Assembly (NCBI GenBank): GCA_965249555.1
Contig: OZ252243.1
Span: 1,088,001 to 1,152,000 of the forward strand
Origin: Nitrosopumilus sp.
GTDB taxonomy: Archaea; Thermoproteota; Nitrososphaeria; Nitrososphaerales; Nitrosopumilaceae
DNA length: 64,000 bases
Direction of reading: 5' to 3'
In this document: positions 21,035-31,413 of the stretch, piece after piece
How positions within the stretch are numbered: the stretch's first letter is position 1
How the letters are laid out: each line of letters starts with the position of its first letter
Notes under the pieces: model-generated
What the model was told of the DNA's origin: nothing
Database searches by the model: none
What the model saw: the letters and a program-made list of their open reading frames with translations, nothing else
Program-made: the position numbers and the translations under genes

Positions 21035-21745
21035 TTGACTCAAACAAAAGTAATTCCCATATTTCCTTTAGATTTAGTTTTATTTCCAAGACAGGAACTT
21101 CCACTTCGAATCTTTGAGCCTCGTTACAAGCAATTAGTTGATGATTGTATGCTAGGTAATGGTCAGTTCGGTGTATGTCTGATTGATGAAACAAATTCTG
21201 TAAATGGTTGGAATTCTCCTAAATTGGTTGGAACTATTGCCAAAATAACAAAGTGTGAAGACATTCAACTTGATGTATTACAATTACACATTGAGACTAT
21301 CGGAAGAAACTCATTTAAAATTAAAAAAATTATTTCACCATCAATTCCTCAACCTACAAACTATGATCCACTTTCAGTAGAAGGGCATCAAGAAATATCT
21401 GAAATGCATGAAAAAGTTGGAACCAACGAGAAAATGTACATACAGGCTGAAGTTGAAATGATTCCAGAAATTGATGAGAACATTTCACTTAGCCAATGGG
21501 AAAACCTAATTGAATTATGGAAAAAGAAAGTTATTACACAAGCATTGCCTCAAGTTGTTGAACCACATACATTAAAACACGTTTTAGAGCAATACTATCT
21601 TACTACTGACACACCTACAATAGATTACATTTATTCATTGTCTGCTCTTGGTGCAAATGATCCAAATGATCTTCAACCCATCTTGGAGGTTACAACAATG
21701 AATGATTTGATTCAAAAAGTTGAAGAATTACTTACAGTAAAATAA
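21035..21745 (+). CDS. LON peptidase N-terminal (substrate-binding) domain protein
   Basis: IPIFPLDLVLFP..LPLRIFEPRY motif. Confidence 0.85.
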   Translation: MTQTKVIPIFPLDLVLFPRQELPLRIFEPRYKQLVDDCMLGNGQFGVCLIDETNSVNGWNSPKLVGTIAKITKCEDIQLDVLQLHIETIGRNSFKIKKIISPSIPQPTNYDPLSVEGHQEISEMHEKVGTNEKMYIQAEVEMIPEIDENISLSQWENLIELWKKKVITQALPQVVEPHTLKHVLEQYYLTTDTPTIDYIYSLSALGANDPNDLQPILEVTTMNDLIQKVEELLTVK

Positions 21746-21755
21746 TCCTGATGAA

Positions 21756-23132
21756 ATGAAAATAATGTTGTTATTAACAAAATTTGGAATATTTGCAATG
21801 GTTTTGTGTTTGTTGTTTCCAGCAAGTAGTGTTTATGGACATGGATTGGGAATTGATACCATTTCTTCAATAGATGTACAAGGAAAAGAAATCTCAATTA
21901 CAGTTGAGATGCCGATGTATCTTGAAAATGAACAAGAGCAAATCACAATTACTGCAACTGAAAAGGAAACAAAAGAAAATGTAAAAAATATCACATTTCT
22001 AATTGGTTTGTTTCATAACAATGAAATGATTTTTAGAAATTATTTTTTTACGGATAACGGCGTATTACCAATTAAGATATCACCAAAACAAGGATTTGAT
22101 AGTTTTGTGATTCATGGAGAACAAGACTCTATACTTGGTGCTTGGCATGGAACCGAATCTAATCCTATTGAAATTACTGGTCCACTTTTTACTTCAAGTG
22201 GATTGTATACTTTTGAAATTGAGGTAAGAACTATAGATGAACCAACTAACATTATAGAAAATTCTGGAATTTATTATGCTGATTTGAGCGTAATTGAGAC
22301 TACCTCTTACATTCAAAAAGATGCAGAAAACCAAGATGTGGAATTTAGTTTAAAGTCATATTTTGATAAAATTTCTAATTTCGAGTATGATTCTGAGGCT
22401 AAACAGATAACATTTGAAATGCCATTTGATTGGAGTGAAAAACAAATGTCTCACGTATCTGTGGTTCATGTGGAAGCTCATTTTCCAAAAGATTTTACTG
22501 AATTTTTGACTCCAAGTTATTCAGGTAATGCAAATGGAATTGATCTGTTCAAGTCTTCAGTAACAATTGATGATTATACAGAAGAAGATGAAAGAATAGT
22601 TCATTTTGTTTTGTTGCAAGATCATCTGAGATTTTTGAAAAATGAAATGAAAGAATCAGGTGAACCATTACCTGAAAAAATTGTATTTGTATTATCTACT
22701 GAAGAAAAACTTGAGTTGCCTTTAGTTGCATATACAAAAAGTGAGGATTTTAAAGTAAATCTTTCATGGGATCCTGTAGAGATAGAACCTGGAACCAACA
22801 CAAACTTTGTTTTTACTATTAGAGATGGGCAAACTAGCGAACCATTAAGAAATTCTGATTATACCTTTGTAATTATTCAAAATGGAAAGGAGATTTATCG
22901 CACATCAGGAATGGCACAAATTGGTGGTGACTTTGAAAAATTCACATTTGCTGAAGATCAAACAGGTCCCATGATAATAAAATTTGAAAACATTCGAAAT
23001 ACTGGACAAGAAACTGAGTTTGGAATTGTTGTAGCACCAGAATTTGGAACTGTTGCACTAATTATTTTAATAATCTCAACAACAGCTGTAATTTTTGTTA
23101 CTAGAAGAAATTCATTTAGATTTAGTATCTAA
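21756..23132 (+). CDS. Secreted PEFG-CTERM surface protein
   Basis: Signal peptide followed by HGLG. C-terminal APEFG, TM helix and RR. Confidence 0.85.
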   Translation: MKIMLLLTKFGIFAMVLCLLFPASSVYGHGLGIDTISSIDVQGKEISITVEMPMYLENEQEQITITATEKETKENVKNITFLIGLFHNNEMIFRNYFFTDNGVLPIKISPKQGFDSFVIHGEQDSILGAWHGTESNPIEITGPLFTSSGLYTFEIEVRTIDEPTNIIENSGIYYADLSVIETTSYIQKDAENQDVEFSLKSYFDKISNFEYDSEAKQITFEMPFDWSEKQMSHVSVVHVEAHFPKDFTEFLTPSYSGNANGIDLFKSSVTIDDYTEEDERIVHFVLLQDHLRFLKNEMKESGEPLPEKIVFVLSTEEKLELPLVAYTKSEDFKVNLSWDPVEIEPGTNTNFVFTIRDGQTSEPLRNSDYTFVIIQNGKEIYRTSGMAQIGGDFEKFTFAEDQTGPMIIKFENIRNTGQETEFGIVVAPEFGTVALIILIISTTAVIFVTRRNSFRFSI

Positions 23133-23512
23133 AGTGCAACAAGCTTTACAGTATCCATGTTTCTATTTATCTGAAAATCTTTTGTCATTGTAGATACTTT
23201 TTCTGCATCACCATTCATAACAAAGAGCTCCATGCATTTTTCTTTCTCAATCTTACTATGAAGATGCGTTGTAATTAGATCCTCAAAGTTATGAGTAATT
23301 CCTGAAACGACATGATCAAACTCATCATTGTGTACAACCAAAAGAATGGCATGAATATCTCCAGATAAATCTGACTTTTGTTTCTCTTCAGAAACAAACG
23401 CTCTGATTCCTGCTCTGATAGCTTCAGACCTACCTGAAAATCCAATAGATGATTGTAATTTGTCTAATTCTGAGAGAATCTCATCATTTAATGAGATTGA
23501 AACTATTGGCAT
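23129..23512 (-). CDS. NikR/CopG-family ribbon-helix-helix metal-responsive regulator
   Basis: MPIVSISL..GFSGRSEAIR RHH motif and C-terminal HLHS..C metal site. Divergent from the ABC operon. Confidence 0.88.
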   Translation of the reverse strand: MPIVSISLNDEILSELDKLQSSIGFSGRSEAIRAGIRAFVSEEKQKSDLSGDIHAILLVVHNDEFDHVVSGITHNFEDLITTHLHSKIEKEKCMELFVMNGDAEKVSTMTKDFQINRNMDTVKLVAL

Positions 23513-23569
23513 ATGCCTAATGTTATTAATTATCTTATAAGTTTAGCAATTAAAGTTATTAAGATTTTA

Positions 23570-23588
23570 TAGATTTATTAATAATCTA
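23570..23588. promoter_or_regulatory. Candidate operator between the NikR-like gene and znuA
   Basis: Inverted repeat TAGATT-N7-AATCTA immediately before the znuA ORF. Confidence 0.4.
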
Positions 23589-23590
23589 CA

Positions 23591-24508
23591 TTGAGCTGTT
23601 TTGTGAATATACAAATCAAGCTTGCAATAATTGCAATAGCAGTAATAATTCCATTAAGCTCCATTGCTGTTTATGGAACTAATTCAAATCAACAATTTAC
23701 AACAATTGATAATTCAAAACTACAAGTGATCTCATCATTTTATGCACTTCATGAATTTTCACAAAATGTTGGACAAGAAAAAGTAGATGTTACTTTGCTT
23801 GTTCCAGTTGGAGTTGAACCTCATGATTGGGGGCCAACTATTAAAGATGTACAAAGAATGCAAAAATCTGATTTAATAATTATCAATGGAATAGGTTTTG
23901 AAAATTGGGTTGATAATCTAGATGAAACTAATTACCAAGGAGTGATCGTTGATACCAGTAATGGAATTTTAGATAAGAATCTTGGTCAAGAACACATCAG
24001 TACTTTTGGAGATCCACATATATGGTTAAATCCTGTCTATGCAAAAATACAAGTACAAAATATTGCAAATGCTTTTTCTAATTCAGATCCTAAAAATCAA
24101 CAATATTATCAATCTAACGCAGCAAAATACATTGAAGAATTAGAATTACTTGATTCAAAAATTCGTAATGAATTATCTAATTGTAATCATGATTTTGTAG
24201 CTTTTCATGATGCATTTTCATATTTTGCAGATGAATACAATCTGAATCAACATACAATTATTTCATCAAATGATCCACATGGAGAAGCTACAGCAAAAAC
24301 ATTAGAAAATGTAATTTCCACAGCCAAAGAATTAAAGATTAAAGTAATTTTTAGTGAAGAGAATGTTAATACTAGAACATCCGAAGTAATTGCAAACGAA
24401 CTAGATGGCAAAGTTCTGATTTTATCTCCACTAGAAGTTTCATCTGATAGAACTTACATTTCTAAAATGACTGAAAATCTTAACAATCTAGAAGAGGCAT
24501 TATGTTGA
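23591..24508 (+). CDS. znuA: Zn/Mn ABC transporter substrate-binding protein
   Basis: EPHDW, DPHIWL and HDAFSYF metal-ligand motifs. Confidence 0.9.
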   Translation: MSCFVNIQIKLAIIAIAVIIPLSSIAVYGTNSNQQFTTIDNSKLQVISSFYALHEFSQNVGQEKVDVTLLVPVGVEPHDWGPTIKDVQRMQKSDLIIINGIGFENWVDNLDETNYQGVIVDTSNGILDKNLGQEHISTFGDPHIWLNPVYAKIQVQNIANAFSNSDPKNQQYYQSNAAKYIEELELLDSKIRNELSNCNHDFVAFHDAFSYFADEYNLNQHTIISSNDPHGEATAKTLENVISTAKELKIKVIFSEENVNTRTSEVIANELDGKVLILSPLEVSSDRTYISKMTENLNNLEEALC

Positions 24509-25224
24509 AAGTAGTTGAAATTAGCAATCTCACGGTTCAATATCCTGATGTTAAAGCGCTTGATGATGTGAGTTTTGTGATCAATCAAGGAGATTTTCTA
24601 GGCATAATTGGGCCTAATGGTGCTGGTAAATCCACTCTTTTTGATTCAATGTTGGGACTTAATACAAAGTACAAAGGAACTATCAAATTTTTTGGTGAGG
24701 ATATTAAAAAATCAAAACATTATCTTAAAGAAATTGGATATGTGCCACAAAAACCAATCTTTGAAAAAAATTTCCCAGTTACAGTTAATGATGTTGTAAG
24801 AATGGGTTTGAGAAATGAATCTGATGAAAATAAAATTGATGAAATTTTACAACAATTATGGATACATGAACTAAGTAATAGAAGAATTGGTGAATTATCT
24901 GGAGGGCAGCAACAACGAGTCTTTATTGCAAAAGCTTTGGTAAATAATCCAAAAATTTTGATTCTAGATGAACCTGTAACAGGAATTGATCAACAAAGTA
25001 TTGAATTGTTCTATAGTATTCTCCGCGACTTAAATTCTAAACAAAAAATTACCATTGTTTGGTCTTCTCATGATTTGGACGCAGTTAATCAACTTGCAAA
25101 TCATGTAGCATGTCTAAATAGAACATTATTTTTCCATGGTGAATCTGAAAAATTCTTTTCTGATGACAAACTTATCAAGCAATATTCTGAGGCTTCGATG
25201 CAAGAACATATGCATCATCATTAG
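24502..25224 (+). CDS. znuC: Metal ABC transporter ATPase
   Basis: GPNGAGKST, LSGGQQQR and LDEP motifs, with a His-rich tail. Confidence 0.92.
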   Translation: MLKVVEISNLTVQYPDVKALDDVSFVINQGDFLGIIGPNGAGKSTLFDSMLGLNTKYKGTIKFFGEDIKKSKHYLKEIGYVPQKPIFEKNFPVTVNDVVRMGLRNESDENKIDEILQQLWIHELSNRRIGELSGGQQQRVFIAKALVNNPKILILDEPVTGIDQQSIELFYSILRDLNSKQKITIVWSSHDLDAVNQLANHVACLNRTLFFHGESEKFFSDDKLIKQYSEASMQEHMHHH

Positions 25225-25226
25225 TC

Positions 25227-26045
25227 ATGTCTCTAGAAATTCTAACTTACAGTTTTATGCATAGAGCATTAATTTCTGGAATTGCAATAGCAATTCTTTG
25301 TTCAGTTGTTGGATTGTTTTTGGTTTTGAGACGTTATTCATTATTTGGTGATGCAATTGCGCATTCATCGTTTGGTGGAATTGCATTAGGTTTGTTAGCA
25401 GGTGTTTATCCATTATGGACTGCTTATGGTGTTTCAATAGTTAGTGCATTAATAATTACAAAAATCAAAGATAGATACAACATCTCTGGTGATGCATCAA
25501 TTGCAGTACTTTTATCATCAGGAATAGCAATTGGGCTCGTAATTATTGGATTTTCAGGAGGTTTTACGATTGATATCTTTAGTTTTCTCTTTGGAAGTAT
25601 TCTTCTTGTTAGCGTAGATGATACCATACTAATTTTATCCTTAACTGGAATAATTCTAATTGTAGTTTTGTTACTATATCGACAAATTCTTTATTCTACA
25701 TTTAATGAAGAACAGGCAAAAGTCAGTGGAATTCCTGTAGAAAAAATAAATTATTTGATTGTGTTTATGGCAGGAATAACTGTAGTTACATCAATTCAAC
25801 TTGTAGGTGTTTTGCTAATTTCAGCTTTGTTTGTGATTCCTAATGTAACTGCAATTATGTATGGCAAAGGTTTCAAACAAACAGCAATAATTTCAATGAG
25901 TTTTTCTGTCTTTTCCGTGGTAATAGGAATTCTAATCTCTTATGTTTTTGATATTACTCCTGCAGGAACTATTGTTTTGTTGTCAATTGGTCTGCTTGCG
26001 GGAACTATGGTAATGAAATCTGCTGGATTATTATCTAAGAATTAA
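25227..26045 (+). CDS. znuB: Metal ABC transporter permease
   Basis: GDAIAHSSFGG and FLFGSIL motifs with multiple TM helices. Confidence 0.92.
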   Translation: MSLEILTYSFMHRALISGIAIAILCSVVGLFLVLRRYSLFGDAIAHSSFGGIALGLLAGVYPLWTAYGVSIVSALIITKIKDRYNISGDASIAVLLSSGIAIGLVIIGFSGGFTIDIFSFLFGSILLVSVDDTILILSLTGIILIVVLLLYRQILYSTFNEEQAKVSGIPVEKINYLIVFMAGITVVTSIQLVGVLLISALFVIPNVTAIMYGKGFKQTAIISMSFSVFSVVIGILISYVFDITPAGTIVLLSIGLLAGTMVMKSAGLLSKN

Positions 26046-28815
26046 TCAAAGAATTTAATCTTCTTTTATCTTGTATACTTTTCACATAAAACAATGATGT
26101 TGCAATTATTCCAAATGCTATTAGAGGTGATGCTAATTCTGTATATTTTATTTCATAATCATTTGTTGTTTGTATTTGTGATGCAATGATGGGAATCTCT
26201 GTCATCTTTACTGTTCCAATTTTATTTGATTGCCATTCAACAAACCATACATTGTCATTTCCATCTGATGTCATGAATTGAATAAATGATGAATTAGATG
26301 GGACTGGGATTTCTATCATATTATTGTTGTCTGGATCATATACTCCAAGATTATCTGTTGTGTGTTGTGCAAACCAAATGTTTCCATATTTATCAAATGT
26401 CATTCCAAATGGTAAAGATTCGTCATGTGGAACAGGAATTTTCTCAAATGTCTCTAAAACTGGATTGAATTTGGTGATAGCCGAGCCTGTATGCTCTGCA
26501 ATCCAGAGATTTCCATCACTATCAAAGAGTAATGCTTCTGGACCTTGTAGAATTGTTTCAGTTGAAATTTGAGTTAATTCATTATCATTTGGATTAATGA
26601 ATCCTATCTTGCCTGAATTAGTTGCAGTATACCAAATCCTTCCATCTGCATCAACTGCTAAAGCAAATGGTAATGATTCTGTTTCTAGTCTGATTTCTTC
26701 AAACACATCAAGTTCTGGTACATATTTTACAATTCTGTCTTTGTTAATTATTGTAATCCAAATATTTCCATCAAAGTCGGCTTGAATGCCAAGTGGAGAG
26801 TTTTGTGAAATTACTGGATCTAATTCAGGAATTGTTTTTAATGTAATTTCTTTACTTTCAAGATCAATGAAACCAATTTGGTTTCTTGGAGTATCAATAA
26901 ACCAAATCTTTCCTTTATTGTCTTGTGTTAGAAATGTTGTAGTAAGTCCATCAAATGAATACGAAGAAAATTCTTGTGTATCAAGTGCAAATTGCCATAA
27001 TCGTGGAGCCGATGCATCACTTATCCAGATAGAATTCTTTCCATCATACAATGGGAAAAGAGGTTTTGCATCTTCTGGCAATTCATACTCAATTACTTGG
27101 GTTTGAATGTCTGTTAGTCTAGGTTTTACAAGTAAATTCAGCAATTTTGGCTCATTTGCATTTTCAGTTCTTTGGGCTTCAATCTCTATTAGCCACTCTC
27201 CAGAAAATCCAAATGTTAATTCTCCTTGGAACTCAGTTGGTTTGTCTTCTTCTTGCTTGATCATTTCCATAGGAACTTCAATTGGTGAAATATTTTTTGA
27301 TGGATTTGATATCTTTACTTTAACCTGGTTTGAATCATAGAGAGGTTTTCCCTCAAAGTCACTTACTCTAACTAGAATTGTGTTTGTTCCACTAGAAAAT
27401 GGTAAAATATCAATATCAAATTTTGTATTTTCTGTAAATTCTAGAGTCTTAAAACCATAAACAATCTCTTGAGCATCAACTTTCTGAATTTCACCTGCTG
27501 GTAATGTCCCATTAGTTAGCAATGCAACTACTCCCAGAATAATAATCCCTAGTGCGGCATCAACTTTGAGTGATCTCTTTAGTTTTTTATGAACAGAAAT
27601 TTTTCCTGATGAAAAATCCTTTTCAGCATTTTTTTGAACTTTAAACTGGAAAAATCCCCCTAAACCAATCATAATTGCTGCAATTGAAATTTTTAAAATA
27701 ATTAATTGACCATAAATTGATTCAGTAATTAATCCTACATCGTTTTCTAAGAACCACATTAGTGTTGGTCCTGTAATTATTACAACTCCTACTGAAATGA
27801 TGAATGCTATTGAGAATCTTGGAATCAGGACTAGACTCATCTTTTCTCGATTTGTTTCTTTTAGCTGAGAAAATGTTGGAAGTAATGTGAAAACAAAATA
27901 GAAAATACCTCCTATCCAAACTGCTGCAACTAAATTATGTATGTAATCTAAAACAAGCGCTGGTGTTTCTCCACTAGCTGCACCGTGTCCAATTAAGCTT
28001 GAAGTTCCAATTAATGCAAGTGCAGCTATAAGCATTGGAATTTGATTTTTCTTTGATAGAACTTTTTTTCTATCTAATCCAAACCAGATTCCTAGTAGAA
28101 TTACTGTAATACTCATCCTAATTATCCACATTGTACCAAAATCAGTCTGAATTGCATCTATAGGAGAAACCTCTAATCTAATACTTTGTACTGCAATCAT
28201 CAAAATGTTAGAGACAAAAATTAAAACTAATCCAATCCCTGTAAGCGACATGAATTTTCCATGATGGAATGATTCTATCTGGTCTAATTCTTTTCTAATT
28301 AGCTGTTTGTTTTGTGTTCCCCAGATGATTAAAGATGCAATTATTGCTCCTAACACTATAGTTTGACCTACAAGCCCAGGAAATCTTGCACCAGCTTCAG
28401 GCAAAAATACAATCTCTGATGGTCTTTCTAATTCTAACATAGAAGGATCAATTACAACATCTCCTACTGCAAACAGGAATGCATCTGGAACAAGATGTCC
28501 ATCAACTTTAGAGAGAACTTTAGTTGATACAGTGTATACTCCATCTTCTAGTGGAGGAGTTGTAACAATAAGAGATAGATCTCCATCATAGTAACTAGTG
28601 TCTTTACTATCTATTTGATTTCCATTAGTATCGAATACTTTAATTTCACTAAAGTCTATATCAACTGGTTCTGAAAAAAATACAATTACTTCCGTAGTAC
28701 CAGTAAGTGTATTAGATGTTAAGCTGGGAATAGTTTCTTCTGTAAATGGATGTGCTGCTGCAAATGGAATAGACATTGATGATAAAATTAGTAAAACTAT
28801 CAGAAACTTTCTCAT
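26035..28815 (-). CDS. CopC-CopD copper-resistance fusion with C-terminal Vgb-like beta-propeller
   Basis: Signal peptide followed by His1, CopC SKVDGH motif, CopD TM region (GHGA, HNLVAAVWIGG) and repeated D..G.IW propeller blades. Confidence 0.85.
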   Translation of the reverse strand: MRKFLIVLLILSSMSIPFAAAHPFTEETIPSLTSNTLTGTTEVIVFFSEPVDIDFSEIKVFDTNGNQIDSKDTSYYDGDLSLIVTTPPLEDGVYTVSTKVLSKVDGHLVPDAFLFAVGDVVIDPSMLELERPSEIVFLPEAGARFPGLVGQTIVLGAIIASLIIWGTQNKQLIRKELDQIESFHHGKFMSLTGIGLVLIFVSNILMIAVQSIRLEVSPIDAIQTDFGTMWIIRMSITVILLGIWFGLDRKKVLSKKNQIPMLIAALALIGTSSLIGHGAASGETPALVLDYIHNLVAAVWIGGIFYFVFTLLPTFSQLKETNREKMSLVLIPRFSIAFIISVGVVIITGPTLMWFLENDVGLITESIYGQLIILKISIAAIMIGLGGFFQFKVQKNAEKDFSSGKISVHKKLKRSLKVDAALGIIILGVVALLTNGTLPAGEIQKVDAQEIVYGFKTLEFTENTKFDIDILPFSSGTNTILVRVSDFEGKPLYDSNQVKVKISNPSKNISPIEVPMEMIKQEEDKPTEFQGELTFGFSGEWLIEIEAQRTENANEPKLLNLLVKPRLTDIQTQVIEYELPEDAKPLFPLYDGKNSIWISDASAPRLWQFALDTQEFSSYSFDGLTTTFLTQDNKGKIWFIDTPRNQIGFIDLESKEITLKTIPELDPVISQNSPLGIQADFDGNIWITIINKDRIVKYVPELDVFEEIRLETESLPFALAVDADGRIWYTATNSGKIGFINPNDNELTQISTETILQGPEALLFDSDGNLWIAEHTGSAITKFNPVLETFEKIPVPHDESLPFGMTFDKYGNIWFAQHTTDNLGVYDPDNNNMIEIPVPSNSSFIQFMTSDGNDNVWFVEWQSNKIGTVKMTEIPIIASQIQTTNDYEIKYTELASPLIAFGIIATSLFYVKSIQDKRRLNSLINS

Positions 28816-28908
28816 TTGATCTTCAGATCATCATTCATAATTTAAACAGTTTTCATATGTTCGGAATTTGTATCAATTCACGTAAAGATAATAACATGTA
28901 ATCATTCT

Positions 28909-29547
28909 ATGTTAGTCGTGAAGGTAGCAATTTTTGGCTTTATTGCATTATTGTTTTCAATTGGTATGATTGTACCATCTTTTGCACATACTACGGTAGA
29001 AGTTGGGGAATACAAAATTGAAGTAGGCTGGGGAATTGAACCACCTGTTGTGGGAATTCGAAATGATATTGTCTTTAAAATTACTGAATCTGGAGAAAAT
29101 GAAGGAACATACACAGGAGTAACTAGTGTCTTCAAAAATTTGGAGGCTATAGCTATGTATGGCGGTGCTACCAAAAAAATTGATATTAATTCAGATCCAA
29201 GACCTGGTTACTATTTTTCCTCTATAATTCCCACTAAAACTGGAAGTTATGTTATTGAACTAAAAGGAGAAATCAGTGGAATTCTTGTTGATGTTCAAAT
29301 ACCAATTGAAGATGTAGAAAGTACGTCTGTTTTAGATTTTCCTCCTAAAAGCAGTGAAGGATCAACAGATCTTACTGCTCTAAAAAATGCAATTTCATCT
29401 ATACAACAAGATGTTTCAAAACTAAAATCTGGTGAAACTTCTGTATCATCTAATGATGGAGAAGCATATGACTTTGCAATATTTGGATTATCAATTGCAG
29501 CAGCAGCTATTATTTTAGCCATAATTGCTTTAGTAAAAAGAAAATAG
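28909..29547 (+). CDS. Membrane-anchored secreted protein with mature N-terminal His
   Basis: Signal peptide ending SFA-HTT, EVGWGIEPP motif, and C-terminal TM helix followed by KRK. Confidence 0.75.
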   Translation: MLVVKVAIFGFIALLFSIGMIVPSFAHTTVEVGEYKIEVGWGIEPPVVGIRNDIVFKITESGENEGTYTGVTSVFKNLEAIAMYGGATKKIDINSDPRPGYYFSSIIPTKTGSYVIELKGEISGILVDVQIPIEDVESTSVLDFPPKSSEGSTDLTALKNAISSIQQDVSKLKSGETSVSSNDGEAYDFAIFGLSIAAAAIILAIIALVKRK

Positions 29548-29560
29548 AAAAGAGGAATTC

Positions 29561-30436
29561 CTAAAATCTTGGAACGACTCTAGATTTTGCAGTTACTGCT
29601 ATGATGCTTATGATTGCAACAGCTAGTATCATCATTGCAATTGTACCAAATTCTGGGACAACTTGCTTCTCTGCTACCATACCTTTTGGTTCAGTCCAAT
29701 CTTGATCATCTCCTGGAGGTCCAATACCTAAAGAAACTATTTTGATATCTATTGGGCTTTCATCAGATCCAACAGCATCTATCATGTGACTTGCACCAGT
29801 CATTTCCATGGCGTGTGCAGCTTCTTTCAAGATTTGTTCACCGTTTTGCATTGCAATAATTTCATAGTTGACGTGCATTGTGCTGAATTCAAGATTAACT
29901 TGAGTTACACCTTCTGCAGCTGAGTCGGTAATTGTTACCATTAACTCTACATCGTCTTTCATGTGTTCTTCTTCTACATCGTCTTTCATGTGTTCTTCTT
30001 CTACATCGTCTTTCATGTGTTCTTCTTCTACTATGAGCACACCTTGCATCCAAACATGAAGTATACAGTAGTAAGGAAATTCACCTGCAGTGTCTGCAAT
30101 GTATTCAAAAGAATCACCTGGATTTAGGAGACCAGAATCAAATGTACCATCTGCAGTAGCGGCAAAACCGTCTACCGTTCCTGATGTGTATGTATGTATT
30201 TGAGCTTCATCAGCGTTTGTCATTGTTACAACACCACCAACTTCAATTGTTGTCGTGTTTGGAGTGTAACAACCTACTTCAGTTTCTAAACAACCTGGAA
30301 CAGCTACAGCTAGATCATTATCTGCTGTTTCAATTGCGACTTCTGTGTGATCTGCAAAAGCAGCTGGGGTTGTTGCACCTATTCCAGCTACAATAGCAAA
30401 TAGTACAAAGAAAGAGCAAATTGCTTTAGTCTTCAT
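29561..30436 (-). CDS. Plastocyanin-like blue copper PEFG-CTERM protein
   Basis: Type 1 Cu ligands IHT...YYCILHVWMQG and a C-terminal VPEFG plus TM helix. Start taken at the ATG at 30436. Confidence 0.9.
   Translation of the reverse strand: MKTKAICSFFVLFAIVAGIGATTPAAFADHTEVAIETADNDLAVAVPGCLETEVGCYTPNTTTIEVGGVVTMTNADEAQIHTYTSGTVDGFAATADGTFDSGLLNPGDSFEYIADTAGEFPYYCILHVWMQGVLIVEEEHMKDDVEEEHMKDDVEEEHMKDDVELMVTITDSAAEGVTQVNLEFSTMHVNYEIIAMQNGEQILKEAAHAMEMTGASHMIDAVGSDESPIDIKIVSLGIGPPGDDQDWTEPKGMVAEKQVVPEFGTIAMMILAVAIISIIAVTAKSRVVPRF
29946..30031. repeat. 27-bp perfect tandem repeat x3 encoding EEEHMKDDV
   Basis: TCTACATCGTCTTTCATGTGTTCTTCT repeated at 29946, 29973 and 30000. Confidence 0.95.
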
Positions 30437-30491
30437 AGGTTGATTACTTGTATTGATACATAAAAACCTCACTAGAACTCTGGAATTAGCA

Positions 30492-31304
30492 TTAATTTTT
30501 TCTAAATTGGTACAACTTTAGAATTCCAAATGCAGGAATTCCGGCATACATTCCAATATTTAGTAGAATTAGGGATATTCCGTATCCTAACACCTCTTGT
30601 TCTGAATCAATGTCAACATAATTCAGTAAAGACAATGATAATAACATTGGAATTAGTGTTATTTTCACAACTTCTTTGAAAATTGGTTGCTCTCTTTCCA
30701 AATCAGCAATCATTGGTGAAAATGAATAATAGAATTGATTAAATTCAGCCATAAATGCAGTTCCAGATTCTGTTGATAAAATAGTATTATCTCTAAGTTC
30801 TCTTAATTGTTGTACTTGTGGTGCCATCTCTGAACCAAATGTTGCAGTTGCAATAAGACAACCGCCATTTTCTCCGTTGTCAGGTGTTTCAATAGGTTGT
30901 GCATGAGCCTCACCTACTATAATAACAAAAGAAACTGTTTCTGGCGGAATTGGAGTAAATAAAATTCCTTCAACTTCAATATCTGTTGAATACACTCCTT
31001 CATCTGGAAACTCTATAGGAATATTTCCAAACCCTTCTGATGTATGCACAAATGGTTCAGGAGTAGTAAATATTATCTCTCCACTTTCATTTGAAATTTT
31101 AAGTGTATAATCAATATGTACTTGAGTCTTTTTTAATACGGGGTTGATAAATTCTATTAACACTTTATTTAATTCACCTGGAATAATTTCGTCATAAGAT
31201 ATTTTCACATCTAATGCTCCTGCATCTGTTGGTAAAGTTTGAGATTCAGCATATGCTGGAATTATTAAAAGCGGAATGAATAACAATGCAAATAGAAATT
31301 TCAT
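30492..31304 (-). CDS. Secreted CFI-box-CTERM domain protein
   Basis: GGCLIATATFGSEMAPQVQQLRELRD..FNQFYYSFSP motif. Confidence 0.88.
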   Translation of the reverse strand: MKFLFALLFIPLLIIPAYAESQTLPTDAGALDVKISYDEIIPGELNKVLIEFINPVLKKTQVHIDYTLKISNESGEIIFTTPEPFVHTSEGFGNIPIEFPDEGVYSTDIEVEGILFTPIPPETVSFVIIVGEAHAQPIETPDNGENGGCLIATATFGSEMAPQVQQLRELRDNTILSTESGTAFMAEFNQFYYSFSPMIADLEREQPIFKEVVKITLIPMLLSLSLLNYVDIDSEQEVLGYGISLILLNIGMYAGIPAFGILKLYQFRKN

Positions 31305-31413
31305 AATTCATGTTTGAGTATGACAAATAAAAATCGTCCTTTATTTTTCTAAAAAGAATTATCACGCATAGAAATTCTGTACCAGCTTTAAATATGGAAT
31401 TAACATAATTTTA

